From: an uncultured Planctomycetaceae bacterium | Lineage (GTDB): Bacteria; Planctomycetota; Planctomycetia; Isosphaerales; Isosphaeraceae | Length of the DNA stretch: 64,000 nucleotides | Assembly (NCBI GenBank): GCA_963833985.1 | Contig: CAWIAD010000002.1 | Coordinates: 4,864,001-4,928,000, forward strand | Direction of reading: 5' to 3' | Translations under genes and position numbers: made by a program | Notes under the pieces: generated by a model | Databases searched by the model: none | Seen by the model: the letters and a program-made list of their open reading frames with translations, nothing else | What the model was told of the DNA's origin: nothing | Shown here: one piece after another, positions 19,898-30,485 of the stretch | Numbering within the stretch: position 1 is the first letter of the stretch | How the letters are laid out: the number at the start of each line of letters is the position of its first letter

Positions 19898-21031
19898 ATG
19901 CGCAAGCGGTTCGTTGTGCTGGTCCGCGCTTTTTCGTTGCTGCTTGGATGCTCCTTCCTGCTGGCGCTGGCCGTGTCCTTTCTGCACGCATCGACACCCG
20001 GCGAGCAGCCGTTGAGCCCCACGAAGCTGGAGGCGATCACATCAGGGACCTGGCCGGGTCATGCCGCGAACCGGGAGTCCTGCTACCTGATCGACCGCCA
20101 GAGCACCCAGTGTGATGTGATGGAACTGCCCTCAGGCAATCGCTTCGGGCAGATGAGCATCTCTCCGTGGCGGGACGCGGACGGTGAAACCGAGGCGGTC
20201 TGCCAGAGTTTTCGCGCGTCGATGCTGGGTCTGGACCAGTCTTTCTCTGGTCTGGCGCGTGTGCGAGTGCCGCAAGGCGAGGTCATCGAGGAGTTCAAGC
20301 TCGACCTGCTGCCCAGCGGGCGGGTTTGCTGGGTGCCTGCACGTCCTGGAAGGATCGTTTTCGCCGCCGGCGACGGCCGTCTTTACCGCCACGACTTCCC
20401 GGGTTGGGAAGCAGGCCTCGCCCCGACCGGCGAGGATGACGCCGCCAGCGCCGAGGCCACGAAGCCGACGCTCGTGGACTGGAAGGTGACGCACGCCGGC
20501 GAGGCGCCGTTCGTCACTGATCCCTTCTGGTCCCGCCATCCTCTGCTGCGCCGCCTGCTGATCGTCACCGTCATCCCCCAGGTCAAGAGTGCCAACCGAC
20601 CGGCCACCGAGGCCACCGAACTGTTCTGGCTGGTCATGCGCGACGACGGTGCCACGGTCGAAGCGGCCGCGAAACTGGAAATACCCGCGTCCGACGCCAC
20701 CGGCGATCGCGCGATGATGCGGCGATTTCCGACCGTGGAGCGTGGGCAGGATGGTGTTTTTCGGCTGGCTTACCTGGCGCGGCCGCTGGGACAGCGGAAG
20801 ATCCGGCTGGAGGTGGTCACCATCGAGATCGACCCCGCGACAGCCCTGCCGCGCGTGCCGCAAGGGCAGATGCCGCGGATCGTGGACCAGGACGCCGCTC
20901 CGGTTCCTCCCGTCTTCTCCTCGGACGGCATGTCCATTTACCTGGTCGCCTGGAACAGCGGCCTGATCCTCAAGCGGCCCGTGGCCGACCAGGGCCCCGG
21001 AACAGTCTCCCTCGCCGACTCGAGGCGCTGA
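19898..21031 (+). CDS. Hypothetical exported protein, possibly beta-propeller
   Basis: GGAG before ATG 19898, hydrophobic N-terminus, TolB-like segments (IVFAAGDGRLY, PVFSSDGMSIY). Confidence 0.65.
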   Translation: MRKRFVVLVRAFSLLLGCSFLLALAVSFLHASTPGEQPLSPTKLEAITSGTWPGHAANRESCYLIDRQSTQCDVMELPSGNRFGQMSISPWRDADGETEAVCQSFRASMLGLDQSFSGLARVRVPQGEVIEEFKLDLLPSGRVCWVPARPGRIVFAAGDGRLYRHDFPGWEAGLAPTGEDDAASAEATKPTLVDWKVTHAGEAPFVTDPFWSRHPLLRRLLIVTVIPQVKSANRPATEATELFWLVMRDDGATVEAAAKLEIPASDATGDRAMMRRFPTVERGQDGVFRLAYLARPLGQRKIRLEVVTIEIDPATALPRVPQGQMPRIVDQDAAPVPPVFSSDGMSIYLVAWNSGLILKRPVADQGPGTVSLADSRR

Positions 21032-21149
21032 AGCTGGGTGCACGCCAGCCGGGCTGGGGCTCTTGCCGACCACCCTCGTCTCTGGACATAGTAAAGGAGT
21101 CGATCCCCGAACACGTCGTCCTCGTCCGATCTGTTTCCAGGAGCCAGCC

Positions 21150-23464
21150 ATGCCGATCGCAGCAAGCGTGCGATCCTGGAGTACGCGGAAGCTGGTCCCC
21201 GGCCTGTTGCTTGTCGCCCTGCTCCACCCTGGAGCGGCCCAGGCCGCAGTGGGACGCGATGAGGTGGAACGTGCCATACGTGACGGCGTCCGCTACCTCA
21301 AGCAAGCCCAGAAAGACAACGGCTCCTGGGCCGACGTTCACGGCGATGCCCGCACCGGCACCACCAGCCTGGTCACCCTGGCTCTTCTGACCGCGGGTGA
21401 GAAGCTCGATTCTCCACAGATCCGCAAGGCGCTCAACTACCTGCGCGGCTTCACGCCGGACCAGCTCAACAGCACCTACGCCATTGCCCTCCAGACCATG
21501 GTGTACGCGGCAGCCGAGCCCGATCGCGACATGCTACGGATCGCCGCCAATGTGACCTGGCTGGAAGGCGCCCAGATCCGCGAGGGCGACCCTGTGCCCT
21601 GGCCGGGATCCTGGAGTTACTCCAGCTCGAAGCGCGCCCAGCCGGGCGACAACTCGAACAGCCAGTACGCCCTGCTTGGCCTTGGCGCGGCCAGCGAGGC
21701 CGGCGTACCCATCAAGCCCGCGGTCTGGGCCCTCGCACGCGACTACTGGGAGCGGAACCAGAAGCACGATGGAAGCTGGGCGTACACGCCGGACACGGCC
21801 GCCTCCTCGGCCAGCATGACCTGCGCGGGGATCTCCAGCCTGGTCATCACCGGCCTGAAACGCTTCCGCGGCCTGGAATCGCTCGAGGGCGAGCTGATCC
21901 ACAATTGCGGCAGGGGCTCCACCAGTCCCAGTCTCCAGCGCGGCATCGACTGGATGGCCAGCCATTTTCAGGTCGGTCAGAATTACGGCAACGGCCAGCA
22001 GTGGAAGCTGTACTATCTGTATGGGCTGGAGCGGGCGGGCCGGCTGGGGGGCCTGAGGTTCTTCGGCCGCTATGACTGGTACCGCCTGGGCGCGGAGGAG
22101 CTGGTGCACGAGCAGAACCGGCTTTCGGGATACTGGCAGGGTGTCTTGATCGAGGCCGACCGGACCGTGGCCACCAGCTTCGCGATCCTGTTCCTGGCCA
22201 AGGGCCGCGCACCGGTGCTCGTCAACAAGCTGCGCCACGGGCCGCGCGGCGACTGGAACCATGACGCCGACGACATCCGCAACCTCGTCTCCATCGTCTC
22301 CCGAGACTGGAAAAACCTGCTCACCTGGCAGGTCGTCGATCCCGGCACCGCCTCCGTCGCCGACCTGCTCCAGGCCCCCATCATCTTCTTCAACGGACAC
22401 AAGGCCCCCGAACTCAGCCTCCAGGCCAAGCGGAACATCCGCGAGTACGTCGAGCAGGGCGGCTTCCTCGTCGCCGAAGCCTGCTGCTCCAGCCCCGAGT
22501 TCGACGCCGGATTCAAGCAGCTCATCAAGGACAAGGACATGTTCCCCGAGCAGGAGTACAAGCTCCGGCCCCTCTCCGACGATCACCCGGTCTGGCGTGC
22601 CAAGCACCTGCTGACTCCCGGCGCTTACCCCCTCTGGGGCATCGAACACGGCTGCCGCACCGTCGTGATCTATTCCCCCAAAGACCTCTCCTGCTACTGG
22701 AACCAGGCCGAGCACAGCCCCACCAACACCGCCGTCATCCTCGCCACCCGCGTCGGACAGAACATCGTCGACTACGCCACCGGCCGCGAACTCCCCGCCG
22801 ACAAGCTCGTCGTCCGAGAAGTCCACGACTTCAAGGCCGACAGCGCCGAACGCGGCGCCCTGCGCATCGCCAAGCTCCAGCACGCCGGCCAGTGGAACGT
22901 CGCTCCACTCGCCGTCCCCAACCTCATGGAGGCCCTCCGCAAACCACCCCTCTCCTTCGACGTGGTCATCAACCACAAGGAACTCTCACCCCGCGACCCC
23001 AACCTCCTTTACTACCCCTGATCTACCTCCACGGCCGCGCCAGCTTCTCCTTCACTCGCGAGGACCTCGACGCTCTACGCAGACACCTGGAACCCGGCGG
23101 AGGAACCATCTTCGGCGACGCCGCCTGCGGCAGCCCCCCCTTCGACGCCGCCTTCCGACGCTTCGTCACCGAACTCTTGCCCAACAACCCGCTGGTCCCC
23201 ATCCCCCGCGACGACGAACTCTACTCCGCCACCAAGGTCGGCTTCGACCTCTCCGACTGCCAGTACACGCGCGCCGCAGGCGGTGGCAAGGACTATCCCC
23301 AACTCGAAGGCGTCAAGATCAACGGACACTGGGCCATCATCTACTCCAAGTACGACATCGGCTGTGCACTCGAACGACACTCCGGGCTCGACTGCAAGGG
23401 TTACAACTACGAGTCCGCTCTCAAAATCGCCGCCAATATCGTCATCTATTCCACCTTGCCGTGA
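21150..23464 (+). CDS. Secreted prenyltransferase-like alpha-toroid plus tandem DUF4159 protein, copy 1, frameshifted at 23015-23018
   Basis: QKDNGSW-type repeats, GDNSNSQYALLGL, YYLYGLERAGRL, then two DUF4159-type domains. It has a C4 run where copy 2 has C5. Confidence 0.85.
22170..23464 (+). repeat. 1.3 kb direct repeat, copy 1
   Basis: Matches 24500-25795 except G22848 vs A25178 and one C indel, compared by eye. Confidence 0.95.
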
Positions 23465-23467
23465 TCG

Positions 23468-25795
23468 ATGAACACCATGATCAACTTGAGGGTCCTCGCC
23501 ATGCTGCGTCTCCCCGGAGCCCTGGCTCGACCAGCCAGCGCGATCGCAGGTCTGATCGTGATTCTTGCTGCCGGCAGTCCGGCACCAGGGGCCGTCACAC
23601 GGGAAGACGTGGAGCATGCCATCCGCGACGGCCTGCGGTTCCTCAAGCAAGAACAGAAGCCCGACGGCTCGTGGGAGGACGCCAGCGCCCAGGCCAAGAC
23701 GGGAACCACCAGCCTGGTCACACTGGCACTTCTGACCGCCGGCGAAAAGCCGGATTCTCCGGCCATCAGCAGGGCGCTGGCGCACCTCCGCCGCTTCGGC
23801 CCGGACGATCTCCGCAGCACCTACGCGATTGCGCTCCAGACGATGGTGTTCCAGACGGCCGATCCCCAGCGCGACCAGCTCCGGATCGCCGCCAACGCGA
23901 GCTGGCTGGAGGCCGCCCAGATCAAACCCGGCCAGCGCGGCAACCCTGGCTGCTGGACCTACACCGAGGTCCCTCAGGGCGGCGACAATTCCAACACCCA
24001 GTACGCCCTGCTCGGCCTCAACGCCGCCAGTGAGGCCGGCGTGCCAGTGAGGCCCGAGGTCTGGGCCCTGGCGCGGCTCTACTGGGAGAAAGCTCAGCGC
24101 AGGGATGGCGGCTGGGGCTACCACTTCGGCGATCCGATCTCGACCTCGAGCATGACCTGCGCCGGCATTTCCAGCCTGGTCATCACCGGTTCGAAACGGT
24201 TCCAGGGATCCGAATACCTCCAGGGCGCCTTGATCCACAATTGCGGCCAGGGCGCCGACAACCCGCGTCTCCGCGCGGCGACCGACTGGCTGGCGGCCAA
24301 CTTCAGCGTCGGCCAGAACTTCCCCATGGGCCAGCAGTGGAAGCACTACTTCCTCTACGGGCTGGAGCGCGCCGGCCGGCTGGGCGGCATCCGCTTCTTC
24401 GGCCAGCACGACTGGTACCGCTCCGGGGCCGAAGAGCTGGTGCGCACCCAGGACCGCCTGTCCGGTTTCTGGAGAGGCGTCACCGAACAGCCGGTGGTCG
24501 CCACCAGCTTCGCGATCCTGTTCCTGGCCAAGGGCCGCGCACCGGTGCTCGTCAACAAGCTGCGCCACGGGCCGCGCGGCGACTGGAACCATGACGCCGA
24601 CGACATCCGCAACCTCGTCTCCATCGTCTCCCGAGACTGGAAAAACCTGCTCACCTGGCAGGTCGTCGATCCCGGCACCGCCTCCGTCGCCGACCTGCTC
24701 CAGGCCCCCATCATCTTCTTCAACGGACACAAGGCCCCCGAACTCAGCCTCCAGGCCAAGCGGAACATCCGCGAGTACGTCGAGCAGGGCGGCTTCCTCG
24801 TCGCCGAAGCCTGCTGCTCCAGCCCCGAGTTCGACGCCGGATTCAAGCAGCTCATCAAGGACAAGGACATGTTCCCCGAGCAGGAGTACAAGCTCCGGCC
24901 CCTCTCCGACGATCACCCGGTCTGGCGTGCCAAGCACCTGCTGACTCCCGGCGCTTACCCCCTCTGGGGCATCGAACACGGCTGCCGCACCGTCGTGATC
25001 TATTCCCCCAAAGACCTCTCCTGCTACTGGAACCAGGCCGAGCACAGCCCCACCAACACCGCCGTCATCCTCGCCACCCGCGTCGGACAGAACATCGTCG
25101 ACTACGCCACCGGCCGCGAACTCCCCGCCGACAAGCTCGTCGTCCGAGAAGTCCACGACTTCAAGGCCGACAGCGCCAAACGCGGCGCCCTGCGCATCGC
25201 CAAGCTCCAGCACGCCGGCCAGTGGAACGTCGCTCCACTCGCCGTCCCCAACCTCATGGAGGCCCTCCGCAAACCACCCCTCTCCTTCGACGTGGTCATC
25301 AACCACAAGGAACTCTCACCCCGCGACCCCAACCTCCTTTACTACCCCCTGATCTACCTCCACGGCCGCGCCAGCTTCTCCTTCACTCGCGAGGACCTCG
25401 ACGCTCTACGCAGACACCTGGAACCCGGCGGAGGAACCATCTTCGGCGACGCCGCCTGCGGCAGCCCCCCCTTCGACGCCGCCTTCCGACGCTTCGTCAC
25501 CGAACTCTTGCCCAACAACCCGCTGGTCCCCATCCCCCGCGACGACGAACTCTACTCCGCCACCAAGGTCGGCTTCGACCTCTCCGACTGCCAGTACACG
25601 CGCGCCGCAGGCGGTGGCAAGGACTATCCCCAACTCGAAGGCGTCAAGATCAACGGACACTGGGCCATCATCTACTCCAAGTACGACATCGGCTGTGCAC
25701 TCGAACGACACTCCGGGCTCGACTGCAAGGGTTACAACTACGAGTCCGCTCTCAAAATCGCCGCCAATATCGTCATCTATTCCACCTTGCCGTGA
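23468..25795 (+). CDS. Secreted prenyltransferase-like alpha-toroid plus tandem DUF4159 protein, copy 2
   Basis: Intact 775 aa ORF with the same architecture as copy 1. Confidence 0.88.
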   Translation: MNTMINLRVLAMLRLPGALARPASAIAGLIVILAAGSPAPGAVTREDVEHAIRDGLRFLKQEQKPDGSWEDASAQAKTGTTSLVTLALLTAGEKPDSPAISRALAHLRRFGPDDLRSTYAIALQTMVFQTADPQRDQLRIAANASWLEAAQIKPGQRGNPGCWTYTEVPQGGDNSNTQYALLGLNAASEAGVPVRPEVWALARLYWEKAQRRDGGWGYHFGDPISTSSMTCAGISSLVITGSKRFQGSEYLQGALIHNCGQGADNPRLRAATDWLAANFSVGQNFPMGQQWKHYFLYGLERAGRLGGIRFFGQHDWYRSGAEELVRTQDRLSGFWRGVTEQPVVATSFAILFLAKGRAPVLVNKLRHGPRGDWNHDADDIRNLVSIVSRDWKNLLTWQVVDPGTASVADLLQAPIIFFNGHKAPELSLQAKRNIREYVEQGGFLVAEACCSSPEFDAGFKQLIKDKDMFPEQEYKLRPLSDDHPVWRAKHLLTPGAYPLWGIEHGCRTVVIYSPKDLSCYWNQAEHSPTNTAVILATRVGQNIVDYATGRELPADKLVVREVHDFKADSAKRGALRIAKLQHAGQWNVAPLAVPNLMEALRKPPLSFDVVINHKELSPRDPNLLYYPLIYLHGRASFSFTREDLDALRRHLEPGGGTIFGDAACGSPPFDAAFRRFVTELLPNNPLVPIPRDDELYSATKVGFDLSDCQYTRAAGGGKDYPQLEGVKINGHWAIIYSKYDIGCALERHSGLDCKGYNYESALKIAANIVIYSTLP
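24500..25795 (+). repeat. 1.3 kb direct repeat, copy 2
   Basis: Begins GCCACCAGCTTCGCG and ends at the shared stop (TTGCCGTGA), matching 22170-23464. Confidence 0.95.
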
Positions 25796-26107
25796 ACAAT
25801 CAAGTAAAAGTTCAAGTGTGCCGCACTCGCGCCGGCCGGCCGTTCGGGCCGGTCTACTGTCTTCGTTCGGTCGTAACCGGCCTCCGGAGAGAAGGCGGCC
25901 ACACAATCCCTTTCGCCCTCGCTGCTCTCCTTATTTCTCTAGTTTAACAAGGTTTTCACAGGATCAAGAAAGAACCGCAATACAGACGAGCACATTTGCT
26001 TGTGAAATGGCAATGAGCTTGATACCTTTAATAAGCTCCTCTCCATGGGCTCACCCCAGTCAATCTGTTGGGTACGGCCATTTCTCACCACCAGGAGCTT
26101 CTCCGTG

Positions 26108-26674
26108 ATGAAGTCGACCAAGCAGTTCGCGCTCGCGGCCGCCTTGCTCACTCTGGTTTGCGGCCTTGGAACAGAGGCAACGGCGGGCAGCATGGTTTAC
26201 CAGCTCGTCAATGACCCGATCGACCAGAACGGATATACCCTCTCAGGAACGATTACCACGGATGGAGTCTTCGGACCGATCGGAGTCAGCGACATCGAGG
26301 CGTGGACCTTCACCCTTTCCGGTCATGGCCTCACGGACACCTACTCCAGCACCGATCCGAACGCCGTCACGGTCATTCACAAGGCCATCGCAACACCGAC
26401 CTCCATCATCGTCTCCGGCGATACATCGCTTTCTGTTCTGGGCGTCGGCGCGGGTATTTTCTGGCTGCCGGAAAGCGAACGCTACACGGGTTTCATCGCC
26501 GACATCACGGCATGGATCGCGCAGCCGCCAGGTGGCTATCCGGACCACACATGGACGATCGCGACCGCGAAGATCCCAGAGCCCCCAGCGCTGGCTCTGG
26601 GAGGGATTGCGGGCCTCTGCTGCGGTGCGTATCGCCTGGTTCGCATGAAGAACCCGCGCACGGCAAGGGTGTGA
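26108..26674 (+). CDS. PEP-CTERM-type surface protein
   Basis: AGGAG RBS, signal peptide, C-terminal IPEP followed by a hydrophobic helix and a basic tail. Confidence 0.8.
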   Translation: MKSTKQFALAAALLTLVCGLGTEATAGSMVYQLVNDPIDQNGYTLSGTITTDGVFGPIGVSDIEAWTFTLSGHGLTDTYSSTDPNAVTVIHKAIATPTSIIVSGDTSLSVLGVGAGIFWLPESERYTGFIADITAWIAQPPGGYPDHTWTIATAKIPEPPALALGGIAGLCCGAYRLVRMKNPRTARV

Positions 26675-26767
26675 TTGGCGTGCGGTCTCCGTGATCGCTG
26701 AGCCGCCACCCGGCTTTGACCGATCGCGCGGGTCAGGTCCATACAACCTGTTGCGGCCTGCCCAGAA

Positions 26768-28189
26768 TCACCTTCCAGCACGATGGTCTTCTCCGGCTCC
26801 TCCATCCCTCGTTCTGTCGACCCAGGCGATGTATGCGGCAGAATGAAACTTCCGCCGCGTGCTCTCATAGCTCATGAACCGCACCGTTCCGAAAATCGGT
26901 CGTTCGGGCCAGGGGCGGTCGTGCTTGCCGCCGATGGCCCAGGCCACGCCGGTGTAGCCGTTCGGATCGCGGCCGTCCATCTCGTAGCGGTCGTTCAGAT
27001 CGATGGCGATGCGAAATGCCGTGTCGGCGTCGGGCGACCATTCGAGGATCTTCTTGGCCCAGTACATCCGTAAGTAATTGTGCATGCGCCCCGTGAAGAC
27101 CATCTCGTTCTGGGCGGCGTTCCAGAGCGGGTCGTGGGTGTTGCCGCTTTCCAGCTCCTCCGGGGTGTAGAGGACGGGCCGAGGGTCGGCCGCGTGCTTC
27201 GCAAGGGTCGCAAGGGCCCATTCGGGACAGCCGGAGAGCCGGTCGTAGTCCGGGTTGCGCACCACGAAATTGACGGCCAGCTCGCGCCTTATGATCAGCT
27301 CCTCGAGCAGCGAATCGATATTCGCGCCGGCTGCTTCATGCTCCTTCGCCGCCAGGGCGATGGTCAGCGGGCTGATGTGGCCGAAGTGGAGATGCGCGGA
27401 GAGCTCGGTGGTCGCGTAAGGCGTCGGCTCGTTGCGATCGCGCGCGTAGTGGTCCAGGCGCTCACGAAGAAACCGTTCCAGCCGGCGGCGAGCTTCACGC
27501 GCCCCGCCGCGATAGCCCGGTACCTCGGCCACCCCGCCATCTCCGAGCCTGGCCATCAGCGGCTCCACGTCGATGGCCTCACCGGCAGGCAGGAGACCGT
27601 CCCAGGCGATACTGGCGTGCGGGCTGGGAAGCGGCTTGAGGTAATCGTGCCAGACTCGATGCATCTTGGGCCGGAGCGTCCTGGCGGCGAACTCTTCCTT
27701 GGGGAAGAGCGCGGAAGGCACGACCACGTCGGCGTCCACCAGGTGGAACGGCACGCTCAGCCTTTCCGCGACCTGCGCACGCCACTTCTGTCCCACCCGC
27801 ACCGGGTTCTCATCGCCGACGACCAGCGAGGCGCCGACCTCGGCCGCGAGCGCCGGGACCACATCACCGGGAGCACCCAGCCGGACGATCAGCGGCACGC
27901 CTCTGGCCGCCAGGTCCCGCTCGGCGTCGACGAGCCCTTCCACCAGGAATCGGTAGTGCCTGCGCTGGGCATCCGGATAGTCGGCCGTCAGGCTGAAGAC
28001 GGCGAGCACGGGTTGACGCGCGGCATTGCCCACCGCGATCGCCATGTTCAGAGCGGGGTTATCAACTCCGCGTTGCGCACGCTGCATCCAGTAAAGAACG
28101 CACTTCCCTTGATCATCGGGCAGGCCCGGACGAAGGCTCCGGACACGCGGATGCGGGGCCAGCAGTTTGGCAAGCGACTTGTCGTTCAC
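26768..28189 (-). CDS. phrB: Deoxyribodipyrimidine photolyase, class II CPD type
   Basis: VLYWMQRAQR..DNPAL, LSAHLHFGHIS, MHNYLRMYWAKKILEW, DGRDPNGY..HDRPWPERPIFGTVRFM. Confidence 0.93.
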   Translation of the reverse strand: MNDKSLAKLLAPHPRVRSLRPGLPDDQGKCVLYWMQRAQRGVDNPALNMAIAVGNAARQPVLAVFSLTADYPDAQRRHYRFLVEGLVDAERDLAARGVPLIVRLGAPGDVVPALAAEVGASLVVGDENPVRVGQKWRAQVAERLSVPFHLVDADVVVPSALFPKEEFAARTLRPKMHRVWHDYLKPLPSPHASIAWDGLLPAGEAIDVEPLMARLGDGGVAEVPGYRGGAREARRRLERFLRERLDHYARDRNEPTPYATTELSAHLHFGHISPLTIALAAKEHEAAGANIDSLLEELIIRRELAVNFVVRNPDYDRLSGCPEWALATLAKHAADPRPVLYTPEELESGNTHDPLWNAAQNEMVFTGRMHNYLRMYWAKKILEWSPDADTAFRIAIDLNDRYEMDGRDPNGYTGVAWAIGGKHDRPWPERPIFGTVRFMSYESTRRKFHSAAYIAWVDRTRDGGAGEDHRAGR

Positions 28190-28869
28190 GCGAACCTCAA
28201 CCGGCCACGACCAATGCTGGCTGATGATGGACTTCTTGATATCCAGTGTCTAGATTAGGCGCTTCGCACTTGCTGGCAAGCCGGCGCAGCCATTTGATCA
28301 CTGCTGGCCGCATCGTGAGAACTAATCACGATCCAGGCCATTTCATACATCCAATCCCCGCGATCCCGAGCCCTATCAGGCCTTGAGTCAGTGGCACCAG
28401 GGCCGTGTTTACCGCTCCATCCTGGTCGAGGCGACACGCACGTCCATTCCCGACTTGACCTCGTCAGCCCTCAAGGTCGCCGTATTAGGAAGCTCGCATG
28501 CTTTAATTGACGATTCAAAGCCTTCGTGCGATGGCAGTTCGTGTTGTTTTTTTGCTTCACTATCTCGTTCAATACGGCTTGCTTTCTATACTCGTGAATG
28601 CGCGATTTCTTCCAGTTTATTTGGAATTACTGAGCGAGTTCACGAACGACAGATCTCTGGAGGCGTCACTCCTTAAACCTCTGGTATGATGCTTCGAGAT
28701 CGCGGTCAAGTGCGTCAAAAACAGATACATTGTCACTCCACACCGCCCACCATGCGCATACCCAGCTTCAGGCCCACACATGATCTCGCCATGGCAATAG
28801 CAATGGAGACTCCGGCCAAAGACTGCTCGGCAGTTCACGAAGAGGCTGCTCGATATCACCCTATCCGGG

Positions 28870-29439
28870 TTGACATTGCTCGCAATGGCTCCCGTGATGC
28901 TATTTATTGCATTGGCCATTCGACTGGAATCACCCGGACCCGTGCTTTTTCATCAGATTCGACTAGGTAAGGGCGCACATACTTTCACAATTTTCAAGTT
29001 CCGGACAATGGTCCGGGACTCCGAGAAACTTCTTGAAGAGTTGCACTCGCGTAGCGCGACTGAGCCAGTCGCTTTTTTCAGGATCAAGGACGATCCTCGA
29101 ATCACGCGGGTAGGTTGGTTCCTGAGACGGACCAGCCTCGACGAATTACCACAATTGATCAACATCTTGCACGGTGAAATGAGCCTGGTTGGGCCGCGGC
29201 CCCTGCAGGTGAGGGACTGCAAGGCGCTCGCGGCTCTTGACCCAGTGGCACACGACTGTCGTCTTTCTGTCTTTCCGGGTCTGACGGGGCTGGCGCAGGT
29301 CTCGGGGCGCCGCGACCTCTCGTTCAATTCTATGGTCGAGCTGGATTCCCGATATGCGCGAGGCTGGTCACTGACCCTCGACATCGAAATCCTGTTTCGT
29401 ACGATCATAGTCGTGATGGCCGGTAAGGGTGCCTATTGA
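28870..29439 (+). CDS. Priming glycosyltransferase (bacterial sugar transferase family), 5' end disrupted
   Basis: FKFRTM, DDPRITRVGWFLRRTSLDELPQLINIL.GEMSLVGPRP, PGLTGLAQVSGR. The conserved KRLLDI motif lies in frame upstream of 28870; the frame is open from 28801 with no ATG. Confidence 0.88.
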   Translation: MTLLAMAPVMLFIALAIRLESPGPVLFHQIRLGKGAHTFTIFKFRTMVRDSEKLLEELHSRSATEPVAFFRIKDDPRITRVGWFLRRTSLDELPQLINILHGEMSLVGPRPLQVRDCKALAALDPVAHDCRLSVFPGLTGLAQVSGRRDLSFNSMVELDSRYARGWSLTLDIEILFRTIIVVMAGKGAY

Positions 29440-29504
29440 GCGAGCTAAGCGTCCAAGATCGATACCAGCAATCTCCGTCGCCTTACATCGGCGGGAGCCG
29501 ACCT

Positions 29505-30449
29505 ATGCAGAGACGTCCCGCACTTCTGACCATCGATCTGGAGGACTATCGCAGACAGGAACTGAGAGATCATCGATGCGGCAACGAGCCAGCACATCCG
29601 CTTGAGGTGGAGCGCCAGCTCGAGGTGTTGCTGCAAATCCTGGACTCGATCAACACGCGGGCAACGTTTTTGGTTGTCGGTCGTCTGGCGAAGGAGCTTG
29701 CGCCCAGTATCTGGTGCGAGATGGTTAACCGTCACTTGATCGGATGTCATGGACACGAGCACCTCAGTGTAAGAAAGCTCGGGCCTAGACGTTTCGCTCG
29801 CGACCTTCAGAACGCGAAGTCAGTCCTTGAAGACTCGGCTGGTCGGGCCATCGTGACTTATCGCGCGCCTTACTTCGACGCCGACACGTGTGATCCCTGG
29901 TTCGGCGAGATTCTGGCGCGAATGGGCTTTACTATTGACAGCTCGCGAAGACTGCGACCACAGCAAGGCAACTTTACGGGAAGCTATTCGCTACCGGGCA
30001 GTGCCGGGAGGGTCCAGGAAGTTCCCCTGGCATCGATCGGCTCAGGCCGGAAGCGTCTGACGGTGATTGGAGGAACCTACTTTCGTCTCCTGCCTCTGCC
30101 CTTGATCGTCTCATTAATGGAATGGGCAAACTCCAGGCAGTTCAACACACTTGTTTATATTCACCCTTATGATTTTGATTCTCAAGCGCTTCCGCTCGAT
30201 TTCGGTTCGGTTGGTCACTTGTGGCCGCGACTGGGCGACCACGTCCGCAGGATCGGCCGCTCGACAACTGGTCAGAAGTTAAGAGCTCTTGCCCAGATTT
30301 ACGATTTTCAGCCGATCGAGTCGTTATTCCATCCGGAAGGTCCCGTGGTAACGGCGTCTGGCGAGACAACCGGGGGTAGCGGGGGTGGGTATTCTCAGCC
30401 CCATGGAACTCGCATGCAGAACTCCGGGACACCTGGGTTGATGGCTTAA
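29505..30449 (+). CDS. Polysaccharide deacetylase (DUF3473-type)
   Basis: LTIDLEDY, ATFLVVG, HGHEH, YRAPYF, GGTYFRLLP, YIHPYDFD. Confidence 0.88.
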   Translation: MQRRPALLTIDLEDYRRQELRDHRCGNEPAHPLEVERQLEVLLQILDSINTRATFLVVGRLAKELAPSIWCEMVNRHLIGCHGHEHLSVRKLGPRRFARDLQNAKSVLEDSAGRAIVTYRAPYFDADTCDPWFGEILARMGFTIDSSRRLRPQQGNFTGSYSLPGSAGRVQEVPLASIGSGRKRLTVIGGTYFRLLPLPLIVSLMEWANSRQFNTLVYIHPYDFDSQALPLDFGSVGHLWPRLGDHVRRIGRSTTGQKLRALAQIYDFQPIESLFHPEGPVVTASGETTGGSGGGYSQPHGTRMQNSGTPGLMA

Positions 30450-30485
30450 CAGCATTGTTCGGGTGGAGTGAAGAAGTAGAAACCG

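Noticed and set aside
23015..23018. Phase variation at the C run in DUF4159 copy 1
   Set aside because: A C4/C5 run is too short for a typical slippage tract and matches the general indel-error pattern.
21150..24500. Squalene-hopene cyclase or a true prenyltransferase
   Set aside because: Only QxxDGSW-type structural repeats are present, with no DxDD catalytic motif. The proteins have signal peptides and DUF4159 fusions.
21534..25306. Long antisense ORFs (480 and 743 aa) rich in G, V, D and E
   Set aside because: They are shadow frames of the C-skewed DUF4159 genes and show no independent motifs.
4618..28800. Genome-wide TAG recoding, suggested by in-frame TAG codons at 4618 and 28798
   Set aside because: TAG serves as a normal stop for the kinase gene (38935-38937), no pyl genes are seen, and the window has many sequence errors that explain both cases.
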